Source: a virus
Reading direction: 5' to 3' (one strand)
Virus record (IMG/VR): IMGVR_UViG_3300035211_000050
Span: 4,854 to 68,853 of that record
DNA: 64,000 bases
In this document: positions 45,801 to 55,572 of the stretch, one piece after another
Layout of the letters: each line of letters opens with the position of its first letter
Numbering within the stretch: the stretch's first letter is position 1
Notes under the pieces: generated by a model
Seen by the model: only the letters and a program-made list of their open reading frames with translations
Told to the model about the DNA's origin: nothing
Databases searched by the model: none
Position numbers and translations under genes: made by a program

Positions 45801-48350
45801 TTATCCTGCTAAACAATCTAAAAGTTTTCCAATGGTTTCTTGCTGTTCAGCATTTTCCATATAAGCTTCATAGGCATCAATTTCAATTTCCTCTATGCCT
45901 TCTTTGGTAGATACTGATACAGGCATCTTAATAGTAACTCCTTTAAGAGCTTCTAATTGTTTAGGTGAAAAAGAAATAGTATTTGGTGCATTTACTTCAG
46001 GCTTAGGCTTTAAATAAGGTTTATCTGATTTAAAATCAGTTCCTACATCAATGCCAAGAGTATTTTTAACATAGGCTGCTCTGGAGCGAATAAAAGCTTC
46101 TTCTCCAGGCCCGCCTTTTAAATTGTCTGGAACAGTCATTAATATCTCAGCTTTACGTTCAGGAGATATCTTCTTAGTTTTTACAAGTTCATTCTTATCT
46201 TTTATTCCATACTCTTTGTAAAGTTCATTAATAACCTCAGACTGCTTGGCAATAGTTTCTTTATTTAAATCAATTGTTTTTTCTTCAACAGGAGTTTCTT
46301 TTACTTCTGTTTGTTTAAGTTCAATATTACCAACAAGATGGCCTTTTGAATCATACCAATTATCACCATATTTTAGAAAGAATTTTCCGTCTTCTGATTC
46401 AAAAACATTCTCTTCATTTGGAACTTGTTTAACAGTAATCTTTTTTGCCTTTGTATACAATGGCTTTTTAGTTCTTTTATCATCACCAAGCCAATCTTTA
46501 AACTCTTCTTGATTCATCTCAGTAACAGAACCAAAGCCTTGCCAGCCATCATCATAATTTTCCATATAAATATTTTTAGCTTCTTCTGCAGACTCGGCAC
46601 CCATAACTACTTTATGTTCATCAAATTTTCCTGTCTTAGGATTTACTTGATCAACAATATAGATACGAGGACTTGTAGTTGTGCCTGGCTTAATGAATAC
46701 ATCAATCTGATCTCCGTCTCTTCCTTCAGTGTTAGAGAAATATCCATAATGATCATTCATCTTACTTTCCCATTTCTCACCGTCAGAGTCAACTCCAGAT
46801 CTTGTAGAGCCAGCAGGATTTTCAATCTTAATATTAAAATCATCTACCTTAACAGATGCCTTCTTATAATTTCCAGCTTCCTTTTGAGCTTCACTTGGGT
46901 TCAGATTAACATCAGCCTTTTTTACTTGAGAATCAATATCTTGATTAGTCTCTTCACCTACTTGCTGTTCATCTGTGAACGAACTTGTCAAGCGCTCTTT
47001 CAATTTTGAATAAGCATCAATCTTTGTTTGGACTCCTTTGATAACATCATCCACAGGTATATTTTCTTCTACAGCCATTGCTGCTAAAGAGTCTTGATTA
47101 TTCAAAAGATTATTATGGTCTGTAATTTTTTGATCTATCTTATTCATAGAAGCCTGAACAACTTCAGGTCCATTAGAGATAATATTCTTAGCTTGAGCTT
47201 CTATTGGATCATCAGGTGTTGAAGAACTACTTTCTCTTGATAAAATAACATTAGCACCTGCGCCGGCACTACCACCAACAGCGCCTGCAGACATGCTTTC
47301 AACTATTCTTTCAACATTTTCTACAGTCAATAATTCTTCATCAGTATTGGCCACAGTATTTAGAATACTAAGAAGTTCCTGACCACCTTCTTGCAAAGCT
47401 TCTTCAGGGATATTTTGTAATAGTTCTTTTGCTGATTTCTTAGCAAGTCCTTTTGCACCCTTAGTTAAGGAATCAATAAAAGTACTAACTAATCTGCTAT
47501 TACCACCAAGAAACTCTAAAGAAGTTGCCAAAGAGCCAAAGAATAATGCAGTTTCTGGAGCATCAATACCTTTCTCTACAAATAAGTCTGCATACATGCC
47601 ACCAGATTCCATTGGCAATACAGCTGCTGCAATACCAGCTTTAGAGCCTAATTTCTTCAGCGCTTGTTTGGTAACTTGTCTTCTCAGTTCCTTTTCTGTA
47701 ATTCCTTTAATTCCTTTTTTAAGACCTTCCTTAACCAGCTTGTCGATACTTTTCTTTAGTACAGTACGGCCGGCAAGACCTCCAATACCACCAGCTACAG
47801 TTCCAGGACCTGGGGCAGCTGCTGAACCTACTGCTGCACCGGCGACTGCACCAAGAGCAGCTTCAACCATACTCGGAACAAGCTCACCTAAAGTTCCTTG
47901 TGCCCAATCAATTGTATCACCAATACCTGCTTTACCAGTGTAAATATCTTTAAAAGAAACTTTCTTAGGATACTTTTCAGCCTCTTCAATATTTCTTTTA
48001 TAGCCTTTAATACCATGAGTTTGAAGAACCTCTCCAAGAGAATCAAGACCAACTTTTTTAAGTCCACTACCTGCTAATGCCTCAGCACCATATGCAGTTG
48101 CCTGTAAGTTTTGCAGACCTCGCTTAACGCCAGGCATAAAATCTGAATCCGTTGTAGGAACTTTATCTGCTGCACTAACTTCACGTGCTTTCCTACTTAA
48201 AGAAAGAAGTTCATCTTTTGTATGAATATGTCGATTTGGTTCACTATGAGCTATTTTGATCCCTTCAAATAATTCTTCCTTTTCCTCATCTGAAGAGGTA
48301 CTATCAAAATAACTTTTATATTGTTGTCGTGCTTGTTCTGTAAGAGCCAT
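45801..48350 (-). CDS. polyvalent internal virion protein with InPase-like domain
   Basis: Gly/Ala hydrophobic hairpin; AGNYKK..IENPAGS.RSG..W...HYGY..TEG.DGD.IDVF..FDEHK. Confidence 0.75.
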   Translation of the reverse strand: MALTEQARQQYKSYFDSTSSDEEKEELFEGIKIAHSEPNRHIHTKDELLSLSRKAREVSAADKVPTTDSDFMPGVKRGLQNLQATAYGAEALAGSGLKKVGLDSLGEVLQTHGIKGYKRNIEEAEKYPKKVSFKDIYTGKAGIGDTIDWAQGTLGELVPSMVEAALGAVAGAAVGSAAAPGPGTVAGGIGGLAGRTVLKKSIDKLVKEGLKKGIKGITEKELRRQVTKQALKKLGSKAGIAAAVLPMESGGMYADLFVEKGIDAPETALFFGSLATSLEFLGGNSRLVSTFIDSLTKGAKGLAKKSAKELLQNIPEEALQEGGQELLSILNTVANTDEELLTVENVERIVESMSAGAVGGSAGAGANVILSRESSSSTPDDPIEAQAKNIISNGPEVVQASMNKIDQKITDHNNLLNNQDSLAAMAVEENIPVDDVIKGVQTKIDAYSKLKERLTSSFTDEQQVGEETNQDIDSQVKKADVNLNPSEAQKEAGNYKKASVKVDDFNIKIENPAGSTRSGVDSDGEKWESKMNDHYGYFSNTEGRDGDQIDVFIKPGTTTSPRIYIVDQVNPKTGKFDEHKVVMGAESAEEAKNIYMENYDDGWQGFGSVTEMNQEEFKDWLGDDKRTKKPLYTKAKKITVKQVPNEENVFESEDGKFFLKYGDNWYDSKGHLVGNIELKQTEVKETPVEEKTIDLNKETIAKQSEVINELYKEYGIKDKNELVKTKKISPERKAEILMTVPDNLKGGPGEEAFIRSRAAYVKNTLGIDVGTDFKSDKPYLKPKPEVNAPNTISFSPKQLEALKGVTIKMPVSVSTKEGIEEIEIDAYEAYMENAEQQETIGKLLDCLAG
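46960..46987. promoter_or_regulatory. 28-bp palindromic site, copy 4, intragenic (acttgctgttc atctgt gaacgaacttg)
   Basis: Left arm identical to copy 1. Confidence 0.65.
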
Positions 48351-48382
48351 ATAACACCTATCAATTAAATAGAATTATCTTC

Positions 48383-49012
48383 TTAATCCAGGTCAAGAAA
48401 ATTACTTGATCTATCTCTTCCAAAGAAAAAGTCTTCATCAGATGTATCAAATGTTCCTGCAGCAGTTCCACGTCTTCGCTGTTCTGGAGTATTAATATTA
48501 ACATAATCAATTGGCATACCTGTCTTATCTGTAGCAGGCTGAAAAATTGGTTTTCTTAATTCAGCATTACGCTTTCTACGATTTTCTTCAGACTCGCCGA
48601 CATAACGATCTAATTGTAAATCCATCTCAGCATCTCTTGTAGCACCGATTCTTCTTAATGATTCACGATCTTTAGCTTTCTGCCTGATCATTGCATTGGC
48701 ATCTGCAAGTTCCTGCAAATTCATTGCTCCAGCACTACTCTCACGAGTCTGTTCAATTTGACCTAGATTACGTAGATTTTGTTCTTCAAGACCATATTCA
48801 CCTGCCATACTTGTTGTAGAACTACTACCACGATTCTTCAATTCCTGTTCAACAAGCGGAGCAAGATTTTTCATGGTATGATATGCAAATGTTCTACCTT
48901 TTGAAGTGTAATCTCCTTCACGAAATGTCTCTACAGCATCTTTATACTCATTGATTAAAGAGGACAAATCAGGTCTTTTCTTATTCTCTTCATTATTAAT
49001 ATCTCGTAACAT
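48383..49012 (-). CDS. putative internal virion protein
   Basis: Helical, in the ejection-protein region. Confidence 0.6.
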   Translation of the reverse strand: MLRDINNEENKKRPDLSSLINEYKDAVETFREGDYTSKGRTFAYHTMKNLAPLVEQELKNRGSSSTTSMAGEYGLEEQNLRNLGQIEQTRESSAGAMNLQELADANAMIRQKAKDRESLRRIGATRDAEMDLQLDRYVGESEENRRKRNAELRKPIFQPATDKTGMPIDYVNINTPEQRRRGTAAGTFDTSDEDFFFGRDRSSNFLDLD

Positions 49013-49028
49013 ATTTTACTCCATAAAT

Positions 49029-49832
49029 TTATATTGACCAATATGAATTTTCTGCTAATACTTTAAGCCATCGTTGCTGGGCAATAATAAAAACTCCACT
49101 AGTATAAAAATCCCAGGACCATAAAAGACCATTAGCAGTTAACCAATTTTGGAAAGCACTTCTAATGCTACCATTACTAAATAAAATACTATCAACAATC
49201 CATAGTGGAGCATATATTTTCATGGCATAACTTGGAGCATTTTGTAGTACAATAGAACCTACTCTTTCTGTCCAGTATTGAAGATCTGTCCAAGAATCCT
49301 CTACATCATCTCCACCATAAAAATTAACATAATCTAAACCATCAGGTAATCCATAAGGAGCTACAACATCTAACGCAGTCCCTGTTTGAATAACTACTCT
49401 TGATGGAAAAATTAAAGCACTAGCTCCACCATATGAATTCCAAAGAGCTAAATCTTCAAGCCAAGCAGCTTCATTTGAGGCATAATATGATGTTGCTGCA
49501 AGAACATTAACCATTCCAAGCTGTTGTAGTTTTTCTTTTGGCTCCTCTAAAATTTCTTTAGGTGTAACTGGAGTTATTATCGGAGAATTAATATTCACAA
49601 AAATGAGGCCATGATTTACTTGAATATCTATAGCCTCACCGCTTGGCAACTTCATATGTTTATTCTGAATCTGTTGAGAAAGCTGATTGAATCTATTTGC
49701 ATTATTAATCTCTAACATCCTTCCAACTTGCTGCTTAGCATAATTAATTAATGATTTAGACCTTTCTTTATCTCCAGAAAGATTAAATCTCATAGGAATT
49801 CTAGGAGCACTATATTTAGAAAACTCAACCAT
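49029..49832 (-). CDS. putative virion structural protein
   Basis: ORF in the tail region. Confidence 0.6.
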   Translation of the reverse strand: MVEFSKYSAPRIPMRFNLSGDKERSKSLINYAKQQVGRMLEINNANRFNQLSQQIQNKHMKLPSGEAIDIQVNHGLIFVNINSPIITPVTPKEILEEPKEKLQQLGMVNVLAATSYYASNEAAWLEDLALWNSYGGASALIFPSRVVIQTGTALDVVAPYGLPDGLDYVNFYGGDDVEDSWTDLQYWTERVGSIVLQNAPSYAMKIYAPLWIVDSILFSNGSIRSAFQNWLTANGLLWSWDFYTSGVFIIAQQRWLKVLAENSYWSI

Positions 49833-49835
49833 ATA

Positions 49836-50750
49836 TTATGCTTCTTCAATAAAAGGATGATATTCAGAAAGGCTATTGGATATTGCCTCACTTCTGCTAA
49901 GTGAATCAGATTGACTTGTGCTGTAACCCCAAGACATTCCAACATTCATAGCTCCATAAGCACTTGCCAGGGCTTGAACAACAACAGTTGCTTTAGCTTC
50001 AGCAATCTTTTCAGCTAAACCTCGTTCAGCCCCATAAGCTTCAACCTCAGCACTAATGCCACGAACTTTAGAATCAAATGCAGCTACAGCAGCTTCAAAT
50101 ACTCTAATGATATAATCTTTTGCAGCTTTTGCAGCATCCAAACTGAGTGTATTTGCTTGAGATAGAAAGTTACGCAAAATTTGTTCAAGTTGCGTACCTG
50201 ATTGCAGTGCCAGCTCTTTTGCTTTTGTTGCAAGTTCAAAATCCTTAGCGAGTAAGTTATCTAAAGCAGTCTGATCTTGCTCTGCAATGTCACGAGCAAA
50301 TTCAGTTTCCATTGCAGCAACATGGCCAGCAGGTAGATTAAATCCAGTTGCTCCTACATTATCCAGAGCAGTTTGATAGGCACGAGACTGATTCAATACA
50401 CGCTGTGCCTGCTCTCGATTAACAACAGCATTATAAACAGTACTCGATAAACCAGTTCCCCCATCAATATCTGTCTGAATTCGATTAAAAAGTAATGTCC
50501 ACATTGCCACAGAAGGTTCTTCAGCAGTCCATGAAAAAGTTGTCGATGGCTCTGTAGGTGCTGTAGGATATACATCATTTGGAGTGAATGGAGTATTTTC
50601 AATATCAAGATCAGCTAAGGCATCTTCAAGATTTGAAAATTGTGTATCTGCATGTGTTCTCAACCAGTCAAAAACTTCTTCAATTTCATCCTCACTACTT
50701 GGAACACCTACAGTAACATGTCTATTTAGACGATCAACATAATCACTCAT
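49836..50750 (-). CDS. Ala-rich putative tail/ejection protein
   Basis: Helical, GFNLPAG motif, Ser-rich C-terminus. Confidence 0.6.
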   Translation of the reverse strand: MSDYVDRLNRHVTVGVPSSEDEIEEVFDWLRTHADTQFSNLEDALADLDIENTPFTPNDVYPTAPTEPSTTFSWTAEEPSVAMWTLLFNRIQTDIDGGTGLSSTVYNAVVNREQAQRVLNQSRAYQTALDNVGATGFNLPAGHVAAMETEFARDIAEQDQTALDNLLAKDFELATKAKELALQSGTQLEQILRNFLSQANTLSLDAAKAAKDYIIRVFEAAVAAFDSKVRGISAEVEAYGAERGLAEKIAEAKATVVVQALASAYGAMNVGMSWGYSTSQSDSLSRSEAISNSLSEYHPFIEEA

Positions 50751-50751
50751 A

Positions 50752-51048
50752 TTATCTCCTTCTCACAGGATTATAAATAACTGATAATTTTTCAAGAATA
50801 AAATCATATTCACTGGAAATATTAATTGTCCAATAAATTCCTGTTTGAGAATATTGAATTGGCATCTTAATTAATTGATATCCAGTCCCATTAGGAGTAA
50901 CAGTATATACTACCGAAGCACTTCGATCTGTTGTAATAGTTACAGTAAAAGCATAATCAGTATCGATTAATATATACAGATATCTATGCTTCTTATCTTG
51001 TGTTACTCCATAATTTGTTGTCGCAAATGTAACTGTTTTAGTTGCCAT
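50752..51048 (-). CDS. tail structural protein (C-terminal-half-like)
   Basis: TNYG...K..Y...GIYW...DF.L...RRR. Confidence 0.55.
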   Translation of the reverse strand: MATKTVTFATTNYGVTQDKKHRYLYILIDTDYAFTVTITTDRSASVVYTVTPNGTGYQLIKMPIQYSQTGIYWTINISSEYDFILEKLSVIYNPVRRR

Positions 51049-51050
51049 AA

Positions 51051-52715
51051 TTAGCTTCCATCCGACCAGCCATTAGTAGTTACAATCCATTGACCTGAAT
51101 TCTGATCATCATAAGTTAATTCAGCCCAATCACCATTTGTGCTTGCATTAGTTATTTTATTTCCACCAGAAAGAGCTGTATTATCTAATACCATTATTTC
51201 AGTTCCATCAGGATCAACACTAACTGCAACAGCACCACGAGTAATAACCTTTAAATGCATTCCATCCACAATAGCAGGTAATGTTATTGTACATGCTCCA
51301 GTAACATAAATAAGAGAACCATAACATTGTGCCGCTGTTAACAATTGATTTGTAGAATAAGTATATACAGTAATTGCACTATTAACACTAGCATCAACAT
51401 ATGCTTTTACGGATTGCTGTGTAGGCACTTTTGTATCATCATCAGATGACAAATCATCTTCATCAATAACCCATCCATAAGATGATACATCAGTAACAGC
51501 AACAATTTTGGCTAAAATATAAGTCCAGATTCTACTTATTGCAGATTTTCTATTAGTCCCACTAGCGCCATCATCTACTAGAATTAAATCTGCATCAGCT
51601 AAGGCAGCACTAATATCACTACCTCCGTCAAGGTCTATATCAGTAATATCGCCATCCCAACCACCTCCAGAAGCATCAACATAAGCCTTAACACTTTGCT
51701 GAGTTGGCACCTTTGTAGCTGAATCACTGACCATAGTATCTTCATCAACAACAAATCCCCAACCGCTTGTAGAAGTGATAGCGGCAATCTTTGCTAAGAC
51801 ATATGTCCATACACGACTTAGAGCTGATTTACGGTTTGTACCTCCAGCGCCATCATCGACAATTATAAGATCCGCATCTGCTAGAGCTGCTCCAATATCT
51901 GTACCACCATCAATATCAATGTCAGTAATATCACCATCCCAAACAGTACTTGTGAGAAGTTGATATTCATTTGGAATCCACTCATATAGAAGACCAGTAT
52001 CCTGAGCAACATAGATAATCTCTTCAGTACCAGTCCCAGGAAAGCTGGTATAATCAGCATAAAATAGAACTCCAAGAACTTCATCCAATGCTGTTTCAAG
52101 AGTAGTGATTTCAGCAGCAGTATCAGCAGGTAAATTATCAACTTTTGTTTTTTGTGCATCAGTAAAATTATTATCCGATAATACTTTATCACCTGATGCA
52201 TTAACTTTATTCTCGATAGTATCTACTAATGCTTTATCAGCCGCAGAGTAATTAACATCACTGAGTACCTTAGCTCCATCAACATCAACTTTTAATGCCA
52301 GGCCAGCGGTCAATTCAGCAGGTGTAGCATAATCATCAGGATCAAAAGCTTTTACATCTGCTAAATTAGTTACTTCTGAGTCCATTAAAGCACCTGCAGC
52401 AGTAACATTTGTTGCATCAGTTACATCTGCCCCAGCTTCAATAGCATCTAATTTTGTTTTATCACCATCCTCAAAAGCACCTTCAGATGGCACACTTTGG
52501 TAATCAGTATCAGCTACGGCAGCAGAAATATTACCTGCCCCATCTGATTTTACAATACCAGTAACAGCACCAACAATTGGATCTTCTTCTAATGAAGGAA
52601 CATCACTTTCTTCTGCTTTATCAGTATTGAGTGCGTCAAAATTGGCATTGATTTTATCTTTCTCATTTTCCCAATAGACACCTGTACCTGAATCAATATC
52701 TTGTATTATACTCAT
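51051..52715 (-). CDS. tail fibre / spike protein with internal duplication
   Basis: KINANF, KLDAIEAGADVT, KVLSDNNFT, VPTQQSVKAYVD motifs. Confidence 0.75.
   Translation of the reverse strand: MSIIQDIDSGTGVYWENEKDKINANFDALNTDKAEESDVPSLEEDPIVGAVTGIVKSDGAGNISAAVADTDYQSVPSEGAFEDGDKTKLDAIEAGADVTDATNVTAAGALMDSEVTNLADVKAFDPDDYATPAELTAGLALKVDVDGAKVLSDVNYSAADKALVDTIENKVNASGDKVLSDNNFTDAQKTKVDNLPADTAAEITTLETALDEVLGVLFYADYTSFPGTGTEEIIYVAQDTGLLYEWIPNEYQLLTSTVWDGDITDIDIDGGTDIGAALADADLIIVDDGAGGTNRKSALSRVWTYVLAKIAAITSTSGWGFVVDEDTMVSDSATKVPTQQSVKAYVDASGGGWDGDITDIDLDGGSDISAALADADLILVDDGASGTNRKSAISRIWTYILAKIVAVTDVSSYGWVIDEDDLSSDDDTKVPTQQSVKAYVDASVNSAITVYTYSTNQLLTAAQCYGSLIYVTGACTITLPAIVDGMHLKVITRGAVAVSVDPDGTEIMVLDNTALSGGNKITNASTNGDWAELTYDDQNSGQWIVTTNGWSDGS
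51387..51941 (-). repeat. two diverged 273-nt (91-aa) repeats in the fibre gene (51669-51941 and 51387-51659)
   Basis: WDGDITDID.DGG...VPTQQSVKAYVDAS twice. Confidence 0.9.
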
Positions 52716-53863
52716 GAGCTCACCATTTCTAAATCAGTTAACATTTCTAAAGAACTTAACATCTCTAATCCGGAAGTAATTGCTGTAGCAGCACCCCAAA
52801 TAAGTGAAAGTCCTGAAGAGTTTGCTCCAACTAATTCTCCATTCTCTGTAGCAAGCAGACTATCAAATCCACCATACCACTCTGTAACAGCTTTTCCACC
52901 AGGATTTCCAGCTTTTCCTTGAACAATTATTCCGCTAGAACTACCTGACATAAAAGCTAATGATTCTTCAAAGACTGTAAGAGTAGCGCAATCTACAGAA
53001 GGAGTATATCTTTGTTCAGTTAAATTGATAACATTTCCATCTGGTAATCCAATACAAAGACCCTTTGTAGTATTAAACAATAAAGAATTTTGTTCTGTCT
53101 CTAATCCGAAATTTCTAGGATTGATTAGCAAGGGATTGCTTCCATATTCAATAGCTGGATATGATAAAACCTTTCGCAATATCCATTCATTCGGATTGTT
53201 GCCGGCCAAAAAGTAAGTAGCGGTTTCATCACTTACATAGGTACCATTCTCAACTGTACGCACCATAAGAAGATCAGACTCAAATCTTCTCCAGCCTCTA
53301 ATGGAATTATATAGTCCGACAAGATATGGCTCTGTAAAGATTAGTTCATCTCCATAGGATAATAAAATTCTGCCTGACAAAACATCAATATGAGTTCCAA
53401 CAGGAGGAGTTACCATTTGACTTAAATCTTCACGGCCTGTCCATATGTTATAAGGCCAAGCATATCTTGTGGTATTTACAATGTAACCACGATTTGTACC
53501 GTTAGTATAATAAACTCTATCACCAAGTTTGGCAAAACTTACTTTTACACCCTTAGATAATCCAGTAACAACATTCTGAAAAGTAAATTGACCACTTGAT
53601 AATGTTACATAATAAATAACACTATCACTAGTTCTGTCATTAACAACATAAAATCCGCTATCAACTGGATATAAGGAGTGAAAAGCACCTGAAATTTCTA
53701 CTGAAGAATCAGGCACAGTTTTGAGCAAACCATTATCATCAACATAAACATTACTTGCAACTTCTAAACCGATTAAACCTTTGCCATCAAATTCGATCCT
53801 TGTGGAATCGACAAGATTATTTATTCCGATTGTAGAAGTAAATATTGTTATATCTGTAGTCAT
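52712..53863 (-). CDS. tail nozzle/stabilisation-like beta-propeller protein
   Basis: GINN start, NVYVDDNG, RVYYTNG; follows the adaptor gene. Confidence 0.6.
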   Translation of the reverse strand: MTTDITIFTSTIGINNLVDSTRIEFDGKGLIGLEVASNVYVDDNGLLKTVPDSSVEISGAFHSLYPVDSGFYVVNDRTSDSVIYYVTLSSGQFTFQNVVTGLSKGVKVSFAKLGDRVYYTNGTNRGYIVNTTRYAWPYNIWTGREDLSQMVTPPVGTHIDVLSGRILLSYGDELIFTEPYLVGLYNSIRGWRRFESDLLMVRTVENGTYVSDETATYFLAGNNPNEWILRKVLSYPAIEYGSNPLLINPRNFGLETEQNSLLFNTTKGLCIGLPDGNVINLTEQRYTPSVDCATLTVFEESLAFMSGSSSGIIVQGKAGNPGGKAVTEWYGGFDSLLATENGELVGANSSGLSLIWGAATAITSGLEMLSSLEMLTDLEMVSS

Positions 53864-53865
53864 AT

Positions 53866-54522
53866 TTAATCATCTTTTAATGCGTTATATGGTCTAGCTT
53901 CATAAGGAATGAAAAGCTCAAGCAGCTTAATAGCTCTTTGAAGACGATCTAGATATTTATCTGTATTTGGAGTATCTCCTTCAAGACCATCTTCGATTAA
54001 TTCAAATATTCTCCAACAAGTATGATTAACTAAAAGTCCTCGATGTAAATGCTTTGGAATTCCATCAGGAGTATCTGCATCATCTGACATATCTTCAGGG
54101 AATCTATAATAATGAATTGTAAGTGATTTTGCTGTAGTTGGAATTCCCTGATAATAAAAATTACCACCTAATTCACAGCATTCTACGACAGGACCAGATG
54201 AATCGAGTAATGGATATATCTCACTAAATGAAATAAAGGACTCAGCAATATCAATTTCATTGCCTTCTGGAGAAGCTACAAATTGAAGCTCGCGCTGAAA
54301 ATCTGTTGGCATTGCTACATAAGCAGCATCAGTAACAGTATCAATTGTATCGATAGTTAATAAGCCAGGCAGTGGAGGAGTTATCCAATCACCTAAAGAA
54401 GACTGAACTCCTCCAGCAATTTCAAGTTGTGATTCATTTAACTTAGCTCCGATATCAGCACTTGAAAAAGAATCATCTTGAATAATCTCTGCAACAGCAG
54501 TAATTAATTCTGAGTATTGCAT
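53866..54522 (-). CDS. head-tail adaptor / tail tubular-like protein
   Basis: Y.MPTDF...IHYYR.P..M..D.DTP.GIP...H..L. Confidence 0.65.
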   Translation of the reverse strand: MQYSELITAVAEIIQDDSFSSADIGAKLNESQLEIAGGVQSSLGDWITPPLPGLLTIDTIDTVTDAAYVAMPTDFQRELQFVASPEGNEIDIAESFISFSEIYPLLDSSGPVVECCELGGNFYYQGIPTTAKSLTIHYYRFPEDMSDDADTPDGIPKHLHRGLLVNHTCWRIFELIEDGLEGDTPNTDKYLDRLQRAIKLLELFIPYEARPYNALKDD

Positions 54523-54533
54523 AATAAAGTTCC

Positions 54534-54788
54534 TTATTTAGGAAAGAGTTCATCCATTATAGCTTTGTTTCTTCTCTTCCTACTGGTGATCTGCTTTGCT
54601 CTTGCTCCGGCATTAAATGCACTTTTATCTTTCATTTTTGTACCCTCGTTTAGATCCTTAAGAGTATTCTTCCGCCTTTTCTGAATGGCAGAAGTAGCAA
54701 TAGCAGCATTACCAGTTTCATCATATACACTTTTCCATTGGACATGCTCATCATCGGATAAGTTTAATCCATCAATTTTTCTAGGCAT
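54534..54788 (-). CDS. hypothetical protein
   Basis: Coupled ORF in the structural operon. Confidence 0.55.
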   Translation of the reverse strand: MPRKIDGLNLSDDEHVQWKSVYDETGNAAIATSAIQKRRKNTLKDLNEGTKMKDKSAFNAGARAKQITSRKRRNKAIMDELFPK

Positions 54789-55096
54789 TATAAATCATCT
54801 CCTGTAATTGGTGTTGTAATAAAATACCCATCTGTTGGTTCTGTAGGAGTCGCTGTAAGTTCCAAAGTTTCTGAATCTACAGAAGAAACAAAATTTAGAG
54901 ATTCCTCTTTTCGTAAAACAGGCACAGACTGCTTTTCTCCAAGAGGTTTAGGAGGTTTGAAATGTTCATGTTTAGGTTCCCAACAAGTATCTGCACAGAC
55001 AAGGAAATTATCCCATGTCATTCTGCACTCAGAGGCTAATCTTTTGAACCCACACCTGTCACAAATAACAAAATAATCTCCAGGAACGTAAGTCAT
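54788..55096 (-). CDS. conserved Cys-containing head-region protein
   Basis: ICDRCGFK...WDNFLVC..CWEPKH. Confidence 0.65.
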   Translation of the reverse strand: MTYVPGDYFVICDRCGFKRLASECRMTWDNFLVCADTCWEPKHEHFKPPKPLGEKQSVPVLRKEESLNFVSSVDSETLELTATPTEPTDGYFITTPITGDDL

Positions 55097-55110
55097 TATA
55101 GACCTCTAAC

Positions 55111-55491
55111 TTATTTAGAAAGTTCTAAAATAATACTATAAGAATCACCAGAAGAATGTCCTACTGTAGTAAACAATAGATCTCCTGTAACACCAGTACC
55201 AGCATTATTTACAATTCCTCCAAAAGAAGTAAAGTCAAGACAACCAACTTGATCAGCGCCAAGAGCAAAAGCAAGTACATTAGCTGTGGCATCCCATAAC
55301 ATTTGTACTGCCATACCATTTGTTGCATACCAGATTTTAGTAATTTTGACTTTGGTAGGAGTATTAACAAGAGCACTTACATCTACTTTAACAACAGCGC
55401 TCTCACCAGTACCATCTGAAATGTTGGTAAGTTTTATGATTGTTTTCTTTGATCCATCAAACAGAGTTTGAGAAGTGACTGCATCAGACAT
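55111..55491 (-). CDS. conserved virion structural protein
   Basis: SDGTGESAVVKVDVSAL...GVTGDLLFTT. Confidence 0.65.
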   Translation of the reverse strand: MSDAVTSQTLFDGSKKTIIKLTNISDGTGESAVVKVDVSALVNTPTKVKITKIWYATNGMAVQMLWDATANVLAFALGADQVGCLDFTSFGGIVNNAGTGVTGDLLFTTVGHSSGDSYSIILELSK

Positions 55492-55518
55492 GATATTACT
55501 CCTTGATAATGGTAGTTA

Positions 55519-55548
55519 AATGGTCCCTACAAGATTGCAAGGACCATT
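55519..55548 (-). terminator. hairpin downstream of the 329-aa gene
   Basis: aatggtcc...ggaccatt. Confidence 0.5.
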
Positions 55549-55572
55549 AGAATAATCAGCAAGTTCAAATTA

